Assembly: GCF_000143415.4 (NCBI RefSeq)
Contig: NW_003314348.1
Location: forward strand, 62,001 to 126,000
DNA from: Selaginella moellendorffii
Taxonomy: Eukaryota; Plantae; Lycopodiophyta
DNA length: 64,000 nt
Direction: 5' to 3'
Shown here in pieces: positions 25,063 through 38,300 of the stretch. Position numbers and translations under genes: made by a program. The notes under the pieces were generated by a model. It was not told where the DNA came from. It did not search any database and saw nothing but the letters and a program-made list of their open reading frames with translations. The number at the start of each line of letters is the position of its first letter. The stretch's first letter is position 1.

Positions 25063-28000
25063 TTGTTCCTTAGTCCGACTCTTATTGGTGGCCAAGTATA
25101 TCACCGCTTGTATTGGAATCGGAGGGTCCTAGATATGGACCTATCCTTGAGGAGTAGCATGTCGAAAAGACATGGCTCTCCACTCAAGTTCATGCATGAA
25201 CTTGCGCACGATGTGGTGGATGGAAAAAGGGCCAGTAAGGGAATGACTTTGGGATCTTGGGAACAGTATAAAGGTTTCTTCATAGAGTTGAGGATGTGAT
25301 CTAGATGAGCGTTTGACTTTGCAAACTGGCTAAAGTAGTTGTGGTAAACAACTATAGTTAGGATCATGGGAAAGATAAAGACTCCAAAACAATAAAGGAG
25401 TCACAAGATTATCCTCATATATTTGAGGTGGGTGCTCATGAATGTGAGACTAGAAGTAATGACCGTGGGAGGTCAAATACGAAAAAGGACACAAGTCCTT
25501 GAAATGGTAGCTGGAGCTACCTCTAATAAATGCTAGAATAAACCAAGGAGGTGGGGGTGTACTTAGAGGATGAGTTGGTATTCTCATCATATGGACAAGT
25601 GGTCCTAAGGGGCAAAGGTTAGCCCCAAGAAAATCATCAAGTGTCAGAGTAACACTTGCAAAGATTGTCCTTGTGAGTAGGACATGAATACAAGAAGTTG
25701 TATTCTAGTGAGTTGGCACCTCTAAGACTGAGACCTCGCAGGTTGTTGGATTAGCAAAGTCCAAAATGCTGGATGACTCAAGCGGAGTCAGGGAATGGTC
25801 CTAAAGGATTGGTTGAAGCATTTAGACTAAGGTGTATGGTGCCCCATGAGGTATGGGGAGGATCATAACATCCAAGTATGAGAACAGTAGGTATCTCATT
25901 AATGGCAGAATGTGCCATACTAAAGTTGTGGGAAAGATGTTCCCAGAAAAAAGCAACTTTGGCCCAGAGTTGGGTACAAGCACTATGGTGCGGTGCTAAC
26001 GGATAGTTAACATGAGGAATAATTATATTGGTCTTGGCAAAGACCTAAACACTAATAAGTAGTGTTATAAGGGTAGGCTCGTGGGGTTGATGGTGTGGAG
26101 ACACCAAATGTGCCAAGGTGTGATACCTTGAGGTTATGATGGTGGGTTCATAAGAACCCCTTGCCAAGGGAATCCTAACGGAAGCGGGAAAGGCATGGCC
26201 TAAGCTGGAAGGCATGCGGTTGGAGTGTGGTGACCCAGATAATGATGAAGGTGTTGAAGCACCAAGCAATGAGTTGTAGGACTTGACAGCTATGGGGCAA
26301 CTAAGCAAGAGGTGCAAGATAATTGGTTAAACTAGTAGAAGGTAGCTACCCAAGACTTCTTAATGGTATAAAAAAGTTAGATATACCCTTACGGGGGATA
26401 AATTACTTATGTTGTGATATAGTAAGTCAATGTCGTAAACGGGAATGCTCATTGTCCAGAAGCCATCATTGGGACACCCAAACACTCTAGAACACCAGGA
26501 GGTGGTGTTTTGTGTCGTAAGGGCAATGGATAAGGCCCAAGGGACTAAGTCTCTAACGAATGATGGATAGAAGGTGCTATCCAAATGTCCAATGTTGTGG
26601 AGACGAGAAGACTGTCTACCCGAATTGGACAAAGCCAAAAATGAAATTTTGGCAAGGCTAGTGATAGGCATGTAAAGGCCCATAAGCAGCAACGTTAACC
26701 CTGGTGTGGGGGATTATAAGGTGAGCATGCCCAAGATTGAGGAACCACTCCCTAGGCTATCGAGTAGGTTCATCCCTAAGCATACTTGCTAAGGCATAGT
26801 AAAATGTGCAAAACTATCCTCCTAGTTTGGAGGAGAATAACCAAAGGAAACATATGGGGCCAAAAGGCAAGTAGTATTGGGATGGAACTAAACCATAGAA
26901 ATTGAAGGGCATATCCAATGATGGTTATGGAAGTTGGGAGTGGAGAATCAAGAGGGTGCTTGAGGATATTGTTGCTAGCAACCGTGAGGCCATGGAGAGT
27001 CTAAAATATGCAATTGTCCATGTTAGACTATATGGCAACTATAAAGCTTGCGAAGAGGGAGGCCTTAGCAAGCTAAGGGACAGAATTCCTTCAAGGTTCC
27101 CAAAGATGATTCTAGGTAACTTAGTACTTAGAAAGGCCAAGTGTAAATGGTTCATGGAACGCGCGAAATCAGAGTGGTGTAGCAGAAGCGTGGTCTTGAA
27201 GCTTGCCATGAGGCAATGCTATCAAGGTTAGGGAAGTAGTTCCCGAGTGTTCAAAGAGAGGGCTTTGAATGAAAGTCGATGGTCAAGGACTTTCACGCTT
27301 ATGCAAGAACCATGTTACAGTGGTCGGAGGACTTGCCAAACGAGATTGGCAAGTCAGGGGAACAAATACCCTAGTTGAAGGTGATTACTTCAAAAAGGGT
27401 GGGCCATGGGGCCAAGCATGGACGAGTCCCTGCATGATCACGGACTTGTCAAGTGAGAGGACTTGGCAGTGTGGAGGAACTAGGTTCCTAAGCTGTGATC
27501 TGTAGCGCGCTTTAAGTATAAGTTGGTACACCGGCATGGGGAGTCACGCTAGGCATCTAGGGTGATGCCGTCCGTAGATGCATATACAAAGGTTGGGTTC
27601 GAGTCCCGACCCTCTAGTGCTTGGGTTCGAGTCCCAAATCGCTAGGGCGTGGTGATGGTTTGGAATATGAGGATACTCATATTTCGGTGGTCATGGACTC
27701 TCAATGAGGAGATTGGCTTGGGCACACCGCCAAGCGGTGGATGCCCCGGAGTCGTGATACACGGTTAGATTGCTTAGAGTGAAAGCTCGGCATATCTAAC
27801 TTGAACACTTTGGTGTAAAGGGCACTAAGGACGTGGTGAATGAGATGGGGACACCCAAGTCTCAGTTGCTATGAATCCTTGGCCGAAAGGGCTGGCTTGG
27901 GCGCACTGCCAAGTGTGGGGGGTACCCCCGGGGTCATAGTCAACAACTTAGAAGGGTCTGGAAGACCTAGTTCCTATTGATAGACTTATTAAGGGGTCAA

Positions 28001-29104
28001 GATGAGATCACTAGGTGATCTTGTGGCTAAACAAGGACAAAGTCTTTGTTTGGGTTAAGGAATATAATTCTTAGTTCAAAGTGTTGATTTGAACTATTGA
28101 TAAAGGTGTGGCTTGGTCGAAGTGACCAAGTGGGAAGAACACCTAAGGGAAATGAGTTATGTCAATGCTATGGCATAGTAAGTCCAAGGAAAGTAGTCTC
28201 TATAAGAGATCCAAGGGAGGGTCTCAAAAAATTGGGCCGTGGATAGAGCCCACGACAGAAAATGTTAAAGAGACGTACTAGGGGTGAACACCCTCTAGAC
28301 TTGGCAAAGCAAAGTGTTTGCTATGGAACCGAAAGGAAACCTCAAAAATGGAGGTAGCGATCCTATGTTGTTGGGTGCAACAATCAAGGATAGGAGCAAA
28401 AGACTAGTGGCCAAGAAAAGAGCCATGGGAATCATGGGAAGGAATCCAAATTGCAAAGTTAGCCAAGGAACACAAATGTGTTTGATACTAACGGATTGCG
28501 AAAAAGGAAGTGGACTTCCAAGGATAGATTCCCAAGTGCTCCAATTTGGCAAAGTAAAAGCTCCAAGTGAGGAGCGGCAAAGTAGCCAAAGGATAGGGCC
28601 GTGGACAGCCCTGGCATAAATGATGATAATTGAAACGTAGTGCCAAGGGTGGCACAAAATAGAAAAGAGGATGGTGGTGCCCTCAAGTAAAGAATTTCCT
28701 AGGATAAGGAAGTGGACTTGCACAATATGTGCAATGCAAGGTGTCGGAGACACCTAGGAAAATTGACTTCAAGAAGTCAAAAGTAAACGTTCCAAAGTGC
28801 AAAGGTTATATCGATGAAAATTGAGACTACTCAAGATGGAGTAGTGGGATTGAGATAGAGATGGTGTCTCTAACAAATTTAGCGAGAACTAAACCAATAA
28901 ATGGAAAGAACCACCACAAGTGGTCTAGTCAGTCTCTAAGTTGGAGAGACTATCCTCCTTAGAGGATGGACAAGGCATGGTGAGCCTTCGGGGTCAAACC
29001 ATAGACAAATATTGGCCGGGTGCCAAGGATGGGAATGGTAATACTTGTGGGTGTTACTTTATAAAAGGGTTTACTGCTCGATGAGGACATCGAACTTCGT
29101 CTAT
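25063..29104 (+). ncRNA. Putative highly structured non-coding RNA domain (dense stem-loop array)
   Basis: Dozens of adjacent short inverted repeats, e.g. 25158-25174, 25185-25204, 25485-25500, 25686-25705, 26048-26066, 27330-27355, 27662-27685, 28027-28053, 28718-28734, 28739-28755, 28763-28780, 29078-29093. Mismatches are mostly G-U compatible on the + strand. Expression not shown. Confidence 0.7.
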
Positions 29105-29346
29105 GGGTGGGAGTTGTGAGACACAAAATCCCTAGGCCCCAAAGTGGAGCTGGAAAGGGTGCCATGTGGTAATGGCCGAAGCGAAAGCCAAACGAGCATA
29201 ACACATTTGGAGTAAAAACTCCGACTTGGAAGGTCGAGAGTGGGAGTGGAACTCCCAAAAATGTGCTCAAGGAACAAGCACGAAGCGAGCAATAAGTGAG
29301 ACTCCAAAAAGGGACCCAAAAGGACCAACACATGACACGTGGAAGT

Positions 29347-29898
29347 GTCCGAGATAGACTCGAGTTGGAGTCCGAGATGGAGTCCGAAGTGGAGTTCGAG
29401 GTGGAGTCCGAGGTGGAGTCCGAGGTGGAGTCCAAGATGGACCTGAGTTGGGGTCCGAGATGGAGTCTGAGGTGGAGTCCGAGGTGGAGTCCGAGATGGA
29501 GTCCGAGATGGAGTCCAAAGTGGAGTCCAAAGTGGAGTCCGAGATGGAGTCCGAAGTGGAGTCCGAGATGGAGTCCGAGATGGAGTCCGAGACGGAGTCC
29601 GAGAGGGAGTCCGAGATGGAGTCCGAGATGGAGTCTGAGATGGACCAAGATGGAGTCCGAGATGGACCCGAGATGGAATCTAAGATGGAGTCCGAGAAGG
29701 ACCTGAGATGGAGTCCGAGGTTGAGACCGAGACCGGGACCAAGACCGGGACTGAGACCAGAACCGAGACCGGGACCGAGACTGAGACTGAGACCGAGACC
29801 GAGACCGGGACCGAGACCGAGACCGGGACCGAGACCGAGACCGAGGCGGAAGTCGAGACCGAGCCCAAGCCCGAGTCCGAGTTCGAGTCCGAGTCTGA
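29347..29898. repeat. Expanded 12-mer/6-mer minisatellite in the 3' LTR of D
   Basis: Same units as 23717-24051 but about 217 bp longer. Confidence 0.95.
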
Positions 29899-30900
29899 GA
29901 GGGTGAAAGCCCAAAGCGTTCGTCTCCCAGACCCTGGGGGGTTTGGTGAGCTCCAAAAGTATAGTAAGGGGGAGGATTGCAGTGGAGCCAATTTGGCTAG
30001 GAAAGGCCAATTTGGCCCAAGAAGGCCAGACCCAGTGTTGGGTGATGAATTGACCACTGGGAAGTCCAAGACTAGAGTGAATACGGATCGACAAGCGGGG
30101 TAGCTTGGTGAAGTGTTCAAGAGCCGGCTCTAGTTCCCCCGGGAGATCGACTGGCTGATGCTCCCAGTCCAAGTGTGGGTGGCACTACCTACTTGGATAC
30201 CAGGCGTGGCTCAACAGAACCTCGCTCCAAGCCCATGGCTAGAGCACCCAAAGGCGAAAGGCGGGGAGAGTACCCAAGTGGCTTGCGTAAGGCCACGGTG
30301 TTCCGAAGTGTTGTCCCAAAGTCCCAGACTGTGGAAAGGAAAAGGAGTAGTCCTTTAGTGTGGCGGCCAAGGATACGGTCATGTGGTGAGGAAGTCCCAG
30401 AGGACCATGGGACTTAGTGGTCAAGCTTGTGGGCCTCGATCCAATGGCAGTGTTGGCACACACAGCCAAGGGCAAAAAGGGACTTAGTGGGGACAGACAG
30501 AGGGATATTGGGGAAGGCTGCTCCCCTTGTCGGTGGGCATCCTAAGGATGCTAAGGAGTGGATCTGGAATGACCACTCACGGATGGTTGGCTCAGTCTTG
30601 GAGAGACAAGACTGTGTTGCAAGTGGTATTGGACTACCGATGCGGCAAAGGTGATTGGGCATGGCTTTAGCGTAACAGGCTGCTATGTTGGTGGTACCTT
30701 TGAGTATCGGTCATGGGATCAAACACGTAGAGCACTTGGACCAGGTGCAAGGGTGGAGTGGCATGGATGCCACTCTTGGGGCTAGCAAGTCCCAAGTTCT
30801 GAATTGGACTTATGGAGGTTGTGAATGAGACTCCTCCAAGTGGTCAAAGGTGTGGTTAAGTGACTAAAGTAGAATGGAAAAATTAGTCACTTACAGATAC

Positions 30901-33900
30901 ATCACCAAGTTTTTTCAACACTCGATAGGGTCTGACATATCTCGGCAAGAGCTTCCGAGACAAAGAACCCTTAATGTTCAAGTTTCGGGAAGATAACCAC
31001 ACCTGATCTCCCACTTGATAGGATACATCCTGACGATGCTGATCCTTATCATATCGATACCTATTCTGAGCTTTGCCCATCGCCTCAGTAGCTCGAGACT
31101 AACCTTGGCATAGCTACTCCACATAAGTCTCAACAGCCAGGACCAACACTTCAGATATTGATTTCGGTATAACAATCTATTGAGGGACTCCACAAGCATT
31201 TCCTTGCAGCATCTCCCAGGGAGAACAACTAATAGCGCTGTGAAATGTGTTGTTATAACAAATTTTTATTGTGTTTAAATGCTCAACCTAGTTGCGTTGG
31301 TCCGCCGTGACATAGTACCATAGATAATCCTCAACTTGAGCATTCACACGTTAAGTCTGCCCATCAGTCTGAGGATGATAAGTTATACTAAACTTCAACT
31401 TGGTACCGAACAACTGGAACAGAGTGCCCTAAAACTTCCCTGTAAATCTCGAATCTCTACCCGAGATCATCTTTTTAGGAAGACCACAAACCCGCATTAC
31501 TTCATGGAAAATGAGCTTTGCTGCTTATTTCGCATTCATTATTCCCACAGTTGGAATGAAGTGTGCAATCTTCAACAATTGATCCACAACCACCATCAAA
31601 GTATTATAACCCTTGGATTTCGGCAAGCAAATGATGAAATCAAGTGTCACACTTTGGAATGGCCATGCTAGTGCTAGAATGCATTGCAACTTTCCAGTTT
31701 GCTTCTCAATTCTGCACTTACATTGCTAGCATATAAGGCATGAACAAACATAGTTTGCTACATCACCTTCCATACCAGACCAGAAAAAATCCCTTTTTCA
31801 ATGAAGCCAGAGTCTTCCACTTTCCACCATATCCCGCTGCCGGAACATCATGATGTTCCCACAGAAACAACTACTGCAAATCCTTAGAGGGAAGATACAA
31901 TCTTTCTTGCTTATAGAATATAAGCCCATCCCAAACTGAGAAGTGAAGCTTCACATTGGTGTGGCTAACAACTTTCGTTGCATCGCTATCAAAGTCCTGC
32001 TTTGACAACTCCACACGGCATAACATTGCTTTCGTCAATAGATCACTTCCATATGAAGCTCAAACATCCTCCAACTAGTCCGAACTGATTGTCGATATTG
32101 CCGGAAATTGAGCCTGACGACTCAACGCATCCAGAACAATATTGTCTTTACCAGGTTTATATATGATTTCAGTATCATATCGAGCGAGCTTCTCTTACCA
32201 ATGAGCCTGCTTCGGTGTAAGCTTTGGCTGCGTAGCAAAGTATCTTAGTGTGTTATTATTTGTATAAACCTTGGTATATCCACCCAAATAGTATTCTAGT
32301 GCCAACACTATAGCAAACATCTCTTTTTCATGCGTTGGCCATTTTTGTTAAGTTTCATCCAATTTCTTGGAATAGAACACAATGGGACAACCATATCGCT
32401 TTAGCGTAACACCAATCACTTTGTCACAATCTTGCTATAACATGGCACCAATAGCATAGCTAGATGCATCACAATGCACTTTGAAGGGTTTATCAAGATC
32501 TGGGATCCTGAGAACAGGAACTGTAGTCAAGATCTCCTTCATCTGTACGAAAGTATGCTGACAAGCTAGTGTCCAATGAAATTGTACACTACTCTTTGTC
32601 AACTCAGTCAACGAAAGAGCAATTCTGTCAAAATTGCAGACAAATTTGTGATAGTATCCCGCCAAACCAAGAAAGGAACGAACATCTGATACAGTGGGCG
32701 GAACTTCCTAGGATTTCATTGCTTCCACCTTCTTTGGATTTACCTCAATTATGCCACCACCAACTATATGTCCGAGAAAGTTTACGCGCAATTGTCCAAA
32801 AGCACATTTACTTTCCTTAGCATACAGTTTATGTTCACGCAACTTCTGAAACACCAGCTCCAAGTGTTTCAAATGATCCTCCAACGTTTTGCTGAAGACT
32901 AGAACATCATCGATGTATAAGACAACAAATGTCTCTAAATAATCTTCGAGTATTCTATCCATCATAGTGCTGAACGTTGCCGGAGCATTGCATAACCCGA
33001 ACGGCATGACAAGGAACTCATAAAATCCGTACCGAGTATTAAAGGTTGTCTTCTTGACATTCTAATTTGCCACCTGTATACCCGGACCATAAATCAAGTC
33101 GCATAAAACTTAGCCTTTAAGAGTTGGTCAAACAAGTCATCAATGTGAGGCAAAGGATAACTATTTTTGACCGTGATCTTGTTGAGTGCTCGATAGCCAA
33201 TACACATCCTCATGGTTTCATCCTTTTTCATAACAAAAAGAATTGGCACTCCATATGACTTGCTTGGTCAGATATGACCTTTGTCAAGAAGCTCCGTGAG
33301 TTGCTTCTTAAGTTAAGCCATCTCCTTGATATTCAATCGATATGGAGCTTTCATAGGTGGTTTAGAACCCGGAATAACCTCAATCCGATGATCAACCTCA
33401 CAACTAGGAGGTAGCCCTAGTGGTAAATCCTTTAGGAAGATATCCTGATTCCATGCCAACAACTTTAATATCTTCTTTGGTACAGGATCAACCCCGTCGC
33501 TAATTCGAACTGAGTCACCAATACCCTCAGCTTCCATCACTTGAACCCAAAAGGTCCAACATCCCTTCTTAGCTACTTTTTGAGCGACTCTCGCAGTCAG
33601 GAACTTAGAATCCCAGTCCTTTGAGGAGTGCTTTTGCAACTGGAAGGACACTTCGGGACGTCCTTTTGATTTCAACATGATACGACTTTGTCCAGCACCA
33701 TAAATCCCTTTAATATATTTGTTGAAGAAATCCATACCAAACACCATATGAAAATCTAGTATCTTCAACACTACCAAGTCCACTCTTTTTTTCCACTTGG
33801 ATATTTTTATAGGAATATCACTCACAAACTTTCTGGCTACTTGCCCACCTTTTGCAAACCGGAAGTGCATATGCGACATTTGCTCAGCATTCAATCCTAA

Positions 33901-35350
33901 CAACTTAACTAAGTCTTCGGATATCACGCTGTGCGTAGCTCCCATGTCAATCATCACTCAAATTCGATATCCGCAGACAAAACCTACCAGATACATCAAC
34001 GAATCAGTGTTTGCATTGACTGCGAGAAAAGCTTGAGGAAAGCAACAAAAGTAACTCGCCTCTTCTTCCTCATAGTCTGCATTGACCAACTCATCAACCC
34101 CTTCAGCTTTGCCACCATCGTCTTCCCTCATGACATTAATCTGAGACCTTGTCTTATACTTGTTGGGACATTTCGAGGACCTATGTCCTGACTCTCCACA
34201 ATGGAAGCATTGGCCCACACTACCTGTTCCACTAGGAGCAGGTTTCATAGGTTGCTGCTGCTTGTACCCACCAAGAGGAGGAACAGAGGGCCTAGAACTA
34301 GAAGAAGTTGCTGGTGGTCTCCAACCACCACCACCTTTGTTAACTGTTGCTTGTGAGCCTCTCAAGTGGAACCTACCTTCCACTTTCTATTTCTGGTCAC
34401 CTTGTTTATTCCTAGAATTTTTATTATTATCCAAGTTACCAGCATACGATTGCCGATATTGTTCCATGAGCGAGTGACTAAAGGCAACTTGCTGTGCTGC
34501 CTCCTTACACTCCAGATACGTCTTTGGCTTAAACTTCAAAATCTTATTGTGAGAAAGTGAACTTAAACCCTCTAGAAAATAACTCCGAGCATCTTTGTCA
34601 CTCATATTTGCAATTATAATGCACTTTTGAGCAAACGAATTAACGTAATGCATGAGGGTCCCCTCGCTGCTTTAACCACTACAACTCCGCGTGAAGTCTC
34701 AAACCAAGATCATCCAACAAGTATTCCTTACGGATATAAGACTGCATCTTGGTCCAACTTCTAGTTTGCCCTTTTTCAGCACAGACTTGGCACCACCAAG
34801 TTTTGGCATGTTTGGTGAGAAAGGATTGCGCACACGCAACTTTCGTACAATCATCTATGTCTACCGCTATAAAATAGTTTTTAATATTGTAGACCCAGTC
34901 TTCCAAAACCTGATAGTCCTGCATACCTCTGAAATTGGGTGGTTTCAGAGGCTTGAACTTTGAAACTCGTGCAACCGAGGGTGGTTGCAGAACTTACTCA
35001 TCCTCAAAACTTGAAGAGGAGTTTGGTTGCTTAGGTTTAGCTAGTTTAGCTGCCTCAACTTCTTTCTTCCTTTTCTTGTTCTCCTTCTTCAATTTGTGAA
35101 TCTCCTTTCGCAAATTCTCGATCTCGACTTCATGAGCCATATGCTGTAGTGCCGAAGCATTTGGCTCTTCCTCTTTTGACTTAGCCTCAGCCTCTTCCCC
35201 AGCATCTCTAGCAAGAGTTTCCTCCTCTCGATTCGCCCGTCTAGAGGTTTCAACATCATCAGCACGGTTCCTTTTCACCATCCCACTAGCTGCATGCATG
35301 CCTCTATCAGTAACTGAACATGCATACAACATTTTTACCGAATGGTGCAA
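30901..35350 (-). pseudogene. Disrupted gag-pol of chromovirus C
   Basis: gag, zinc knuckle CFHCGESGHRSSKC, protease IDMGATH, RT MPFGLCNAPATF...YIDDVLVFS, RNase H VHCDAS, integrase and GPY/F region; many stops and frameshifts. Confidence 0.92.
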
Positions 35351-38300
35351 TCTAACTAATCCTACATAAGTTGTTTCGGATCTACTAGAAAAGTCTCTAC
35401 GTATGTAACTTCAGTTAGAAAATTCGACAAAAGTTGGATAGGAATCGCTGAGACAATTCCTCTGATACCAAATATAGCGCACTTGAATTTGGAGCTGAAC
35501 TCTAAGCCCATTGCACTACAAAACGAGGGTCTAGTACAATCCCACGAGCACTAGCTCCCCATATCCAGCACCTGCATGCAAGATGATGTTAGACGGAGTC
35601 TGGCACAATTTTGGCATACTGGTGGCCTAACGCAAGGAGGAGGGTACCCTATCGACTAGAGTAGCGTGAAGCTTGGGCTTAAACCCAAGCCAGACACAAA
35701 ATAAAGAGCGACACAGCCTAGTGAAAGCCAAACTAATGTCTCAAGTGGTCGAATATGCATTCTAACCATTATCCCTACTATACATTTAGAATTCTCCATA
35801 TCCCCCCCCCCCCCCCTTGAGGAACACACGCTTTGGGCTTTCACCCCAAGCCTCCCTCAGTATCAAGAGTTAGTCTCTAGGACAAGCTCGAAACTTACTA
35901 AATATGGAATGGCACAAGATTATGAATTTGGACACGAAATGAACACCATTGTGTTTAGGCCAACCTCTACATTCTATAGATATGCTAAATGAGCAAATCT
36001 AAACACTTTCCATAAATAGCATTTGGGACCAAAATGAGACCAACATAAAGGGTATGATAGCGAGGGTGTTTGGCAAACACGGTAAGCTATCATCCAGCGA
36101 AATTAAGGGACTAGTCTCAATACGTGAGGGTTTTTGCCAAGCTAGTGCAAAACAGAGCAAAAGAAAACTAAAAAGCCAGGCCAAGTATGCTTGGCAAAGT
36201 AGACACTTAGGAATTCCTTCTTCATGCTCATCCGGCCAAGTACAAATGCTAAGTCCAGTTTACTAACACTTGGATAAGAGGGGCCAATAAAGGGGACCAG
36301 CAATACCAACCTCCTGCCGTCATGGCAGTAAAGAAAGAGTGTCCGTACGGACTGGCCGACAAATATCTTTTGATACCCAAAGTCACATTTGCAATAGTAG
36401 ATCTTACTCTACACCTTGTGGATACTGAATGTCAAGTACAACAACTGCTAATGACATAGAATCCTCATTGAGAAAATCCACAAATGCTGGAACAACAAAC
36501 TTATCAAATTTTTCACTTTCATAAGAAGAGAGTGAAAAAGAAAAAACAGCTTAAAAAAGGGCATCAGTATCAGCCATAGAACTCCTCGAATGATGAACAA
36601 CATCAAAATTATATATCTGAAGCTTCAAAGCCCACTAAGTAGTATGACAAACCAAATTCTTCCGCTTTAATAATGAAATAATAGCAATATAATCACCTTC
36701 TAGTAACGTCTGAGAACCATGTAGATATGCATGAAGTTTCTCAAAACCCCAAACTGTTGTTAAACACTCCTCTATTGTGGAGTAGTTCATTTCTGCTAAT
36801 TGTAATGTACGGCTTATATACACAATGGGATGGCACTAATCAGACACACTCGAGTTCTCTTGCATTAACACACCTCCAAAACCAATGTTAAAAGCATCCA
36901 CGCGCAAAATAAAAGGTCAAGTGTAGTTAGGATATGCCAAAATCGGAGGAGTCATCAATAACTCTTTGACATCCCCGAACGCCCACTCATAATCCGGAGA
37001 CCAAATGAAAGATGATGTTAATGACTTCAGCAACGCTTGCAATAGTGCAGTGTGATCAAAAAGATGATCCACAAAACGACTAAGATACTGCATCTTGCCC
37101 AAGAAGCGTTGCACATCATTCACACACTTCGGAGTAGGGAACTTTAGAATAGCCACAAGTTTGTCAAGATAAACTTGCAAACCCTCATGAGAAATACAGT
37201 ACCCAAGATAAGTTGTATCCTTGGACCCAAACATGCACTTTGACTGCTTCAGCTTTAAACCAATGTTGCATAGCCAATCCAACACTTTACAAACATCACG
37301 AACCTGCTCCTCCCATGTCCCCTCCGAGTGAATTAAGACATCATCAATGAAGTCAGCAGTCACCTTTGGCATATCGCAAAGAACCTCATCCATCATCCAC
37401 TGGAAAGTGGGTGAACCAACGATTTCGCCCCAAACGATCCAAGAGATCAGCAGTGTGAGGAAGAGGGTACACATCTTGGATCGTCACTTCGTTTAACGGA
37501 TGATAGTCGATGTAGAAACGAATACTCCAATCAAGCTTCGTCACAAGATTAGGTTCACATGCCTAAGGACTCCACAACTTCTGAATAACACCCTTCTCCA
37601 ATATCTCCTTGACATTTACATGTAAAATTTTGATCTCCTTGGGTGACCGACAACAAACGGGAACCTTGATTGGACAAGCATCCCCGGTTGGAATTGGATG
37701 ACATGTGGCAATCTTGACCTCAGACGATAGGTCAAATTCAAAAAGATCAAAATACTCCTTCATAAGCCAGTCCACTGCTACAACACAAAGATCGTCGAAG
37801 GGATCGAAAAAGGGAAGAGCAGAACAAGATAGAAACATAGGAGGAAATAGTGGGGGAACAAAAGTAATGAAAGCAGAGGTAGAAAGAGAGGGACAAAGAG
37901 GTACAGAAGTGAGAGGAATGGATGAAATATAAGGAAGTATGAGACAAAGGGGAGAAGCCTGAAAGTCACACTTGGCATGATTGTGTTGCAACCAATCCAT
38001 ACCAAAAATGAGGTCAAAAGCTTAATTCGGCACCACCCGTAACGACTGCAACTCAAGCTCGAGATCGCCCACACGCACAACCAGGTCCTCCTCATCCCAT
38101 GCACATGCATGTGTACGGCCGTTGCCATAAAGAATGAAAACTAGTTCTGCCGCATGATGCAAGTGTAGACGACAATGTGTGGCAACAGGATGAGCAATAG
38201 AAGATAAACTCGAACTTGTATCAACCAACACGGAGAGAATAATAAGAGACCTCTTGTTATAAAAACAAGATTGGAAAGTAAACACTGGATGAACTGGTGC

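Larger units (their letters stand above)
23485..30895 (+). mobile_element. Non-autonomous, non-coding LTR element D (LARD-like) inserted in the integrase of C
   Basis: TSD GATAC (23480-23484, 30896-30900); LTRs 23485-25048 and 29115-30895 with TG...CA ends; tRNA-iMet PBS TGGTATCAGAG at 25052-25062; short PPT GGGTGGGAG before 29115; no long ORF or clear gag/pol motif in the interior. Confidence 0.93.
14232..36396 (-). mobile_element. Decayed chromovirus-type Ty3/gypsy element C inserted in pol of element B
   Basis: 5-bp TSD GTAGA (14227-14231, 36397-36401); 5' LTR 35473-36396; 3' LTR 14232-22562 split by a TIR element; tRNA-iMet PBS (TGGTATCAGAG, 35460-35470 minus); PPT complement CTCTCCCCCCCC at 22563. 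Confidence 0.93.

Noticed and set aside
23485-30895. Retrozyme (hammerhead ribozyme) identity for element D
   Set aside because: I found no CTGANGA...GAAA hammerhead core in a suitable stem context by eye, and the element is much larger than typical retrozymes. An Rfam scan is still advisable.
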